A stretch of 51,956 bases of DNA, filler included, from Jimgerdemannia flammicorona (taxonomy: Eukaryota), in the NCBI GenBank assembly GCA_003990765.1. It is 2 parts of 2 records of this genome, joined end to end, with 100 filler letters (N's around TTAATTAATTAA, not from the genome) between each part and the next. Parts side by side here need not be neighbours in the genome. Positions count along the whole stretch, not along the records: positions 26,043 to 51,956 come from RBNJ01000775.1; 1 more part is not named here. The stretch is one strand, 5' to 3'. Below the pieces are notes generated by a model. That model made no database searches, was not told the origin of the DNA, and saw only the letters and a list, made by a program, of their open reading frames with translations. Position 1 is the stretch's first letter. The number at the start of each line of letters is the position of its first letter. Shown here one piece after another: positions 51,051 through 51,956 of the stretch. The position numbers and the translations under genes were made by a program.

Positions 51051-51956
51051 CTTTTTAGCTCACAAGAACCCACAGTCAAACTAGATATATTTGATACAAC
51101 ACCAACCTCTGCTACTATAGGAGAACCAGTCATCACTAGCATTTGGACAGGAAGAGAAGTAATCACCTCAAGACTTGCCAACTATCCAGCATCAGAAGGA
51201 TCTCAACCAGAAGCAGGAGGCAGTATAGCCTGAAATCCCCAACCAGATCAACCAGATCAACCAGATCAACCAGATCAACCAGACAATACAGACAGTCCTG
51301 CTGGAGATTTTGGAGAACTTGTACAAGAACTAGAAGACTTTATTACCTGGACCCAACACCTTACAGCCAGACACCCCACACCAGTCCCACCAATCTCACC
51401 AATAGAACCCCTACCACAACCTCTTATAGAACCAGAAGTAGTTCCTACAAGAATACCTAGACCTATTCCACCCCACCCAAGGACCAGAACACCATCTTCA
51501 AGATACCCAAGCACCCTGGTCTCTAGTGATAGTTCAGAAAGTGAATCAGAATCAGAATCTGAATTCGAACCAGAATCAGAAGAAAGTGACGAAGAAATGG
51601 CCACCTCATTGCCAATCTTTGCAGGATACCCAGAGGAAGACCCCAGAGAATTCCTTGATGGAATCAAAGGAATCGCAGCCTTGAGGAATCTCTCGGATGA
51701 AAGGAAAATCACCATCTATAAAGCTCAGCTCAGAGAACCAGCCAGAGGGATTTTCCATTGAACAGCAAATAACCCAGATTCGGAACTAGCAAGACAGATA
51801 TAAGCAGCAGTCTCCTATGAGCTAGAATATCAGGCCATGGTCTACTGGCTCATAGAAAAGTATGCAGGAAATGAAACCCGCCACAAGGCTCAGGAATCCA
51901 TCATGGGAATGAAGATGAATCTTGGAGAATCACCCAGAGCCTTCTTCACAAGAATT
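51051..51956 (+). pseudogene. Ty3/Gypsy gag (partial), with PDQ-repeat, Pro-rich and acidic leader
   Basis: MATSLPIFAGYPEEDPREFLDGI...MKMNLGESPRAFFTRI from 51597 with TGA/TAA stops; the same frame continues upstream with isolated TGA stops. Confidence 0.8.

Overview
Transposon-dense eukaryotic window, probably fungal (an inference from L1/Tx1-type LINEs, intron-containing hAT remnants and pervasive C>T/G>A decay). I found no intact host gene. Contents: two full-length decayed L1/Tx1-like LINEs with poly(A) tails and target-site duplications (TSDs; 2201-8030 +, 9795-15664 -), plus further LINE copies and fragments. A complete 8.85 kb Ty3/Gypsy element (33747-42600, -) has 1.58 kb LTRs, a CTAT TSD and the order gag-PR-dUTPase-RT-RH-IN; it is nested in the LTR of an older Gypsy family. 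Also present: a hAT transposase relic and a MITE, a Copia RT/RH relic, another Gypsy gag relic, and the start of a less-decayed tRNA-Pro-primed LTR element at the right edge. An artificial N44-TTAATTAATTAA-N44 spacer (25943-26042) splits the window. Main finding: the U3 region of the dUTPase Gypsy LTR encodes a ~285-aa protein, reconstructable from the two LTR copies. A divergent, colinear homologue (~234 aa) lies in the LTR of the older Gypsy family, which suggests a conserved LTR-encoded accessory gene family. Secondary candidate: a decayed TET/JBP-like 2OG-Fe(II) dioxygenase cargo behind a DNA-transposon-like terminus (18145-20220). All translations and alignments were done by eye; no database searches were run.
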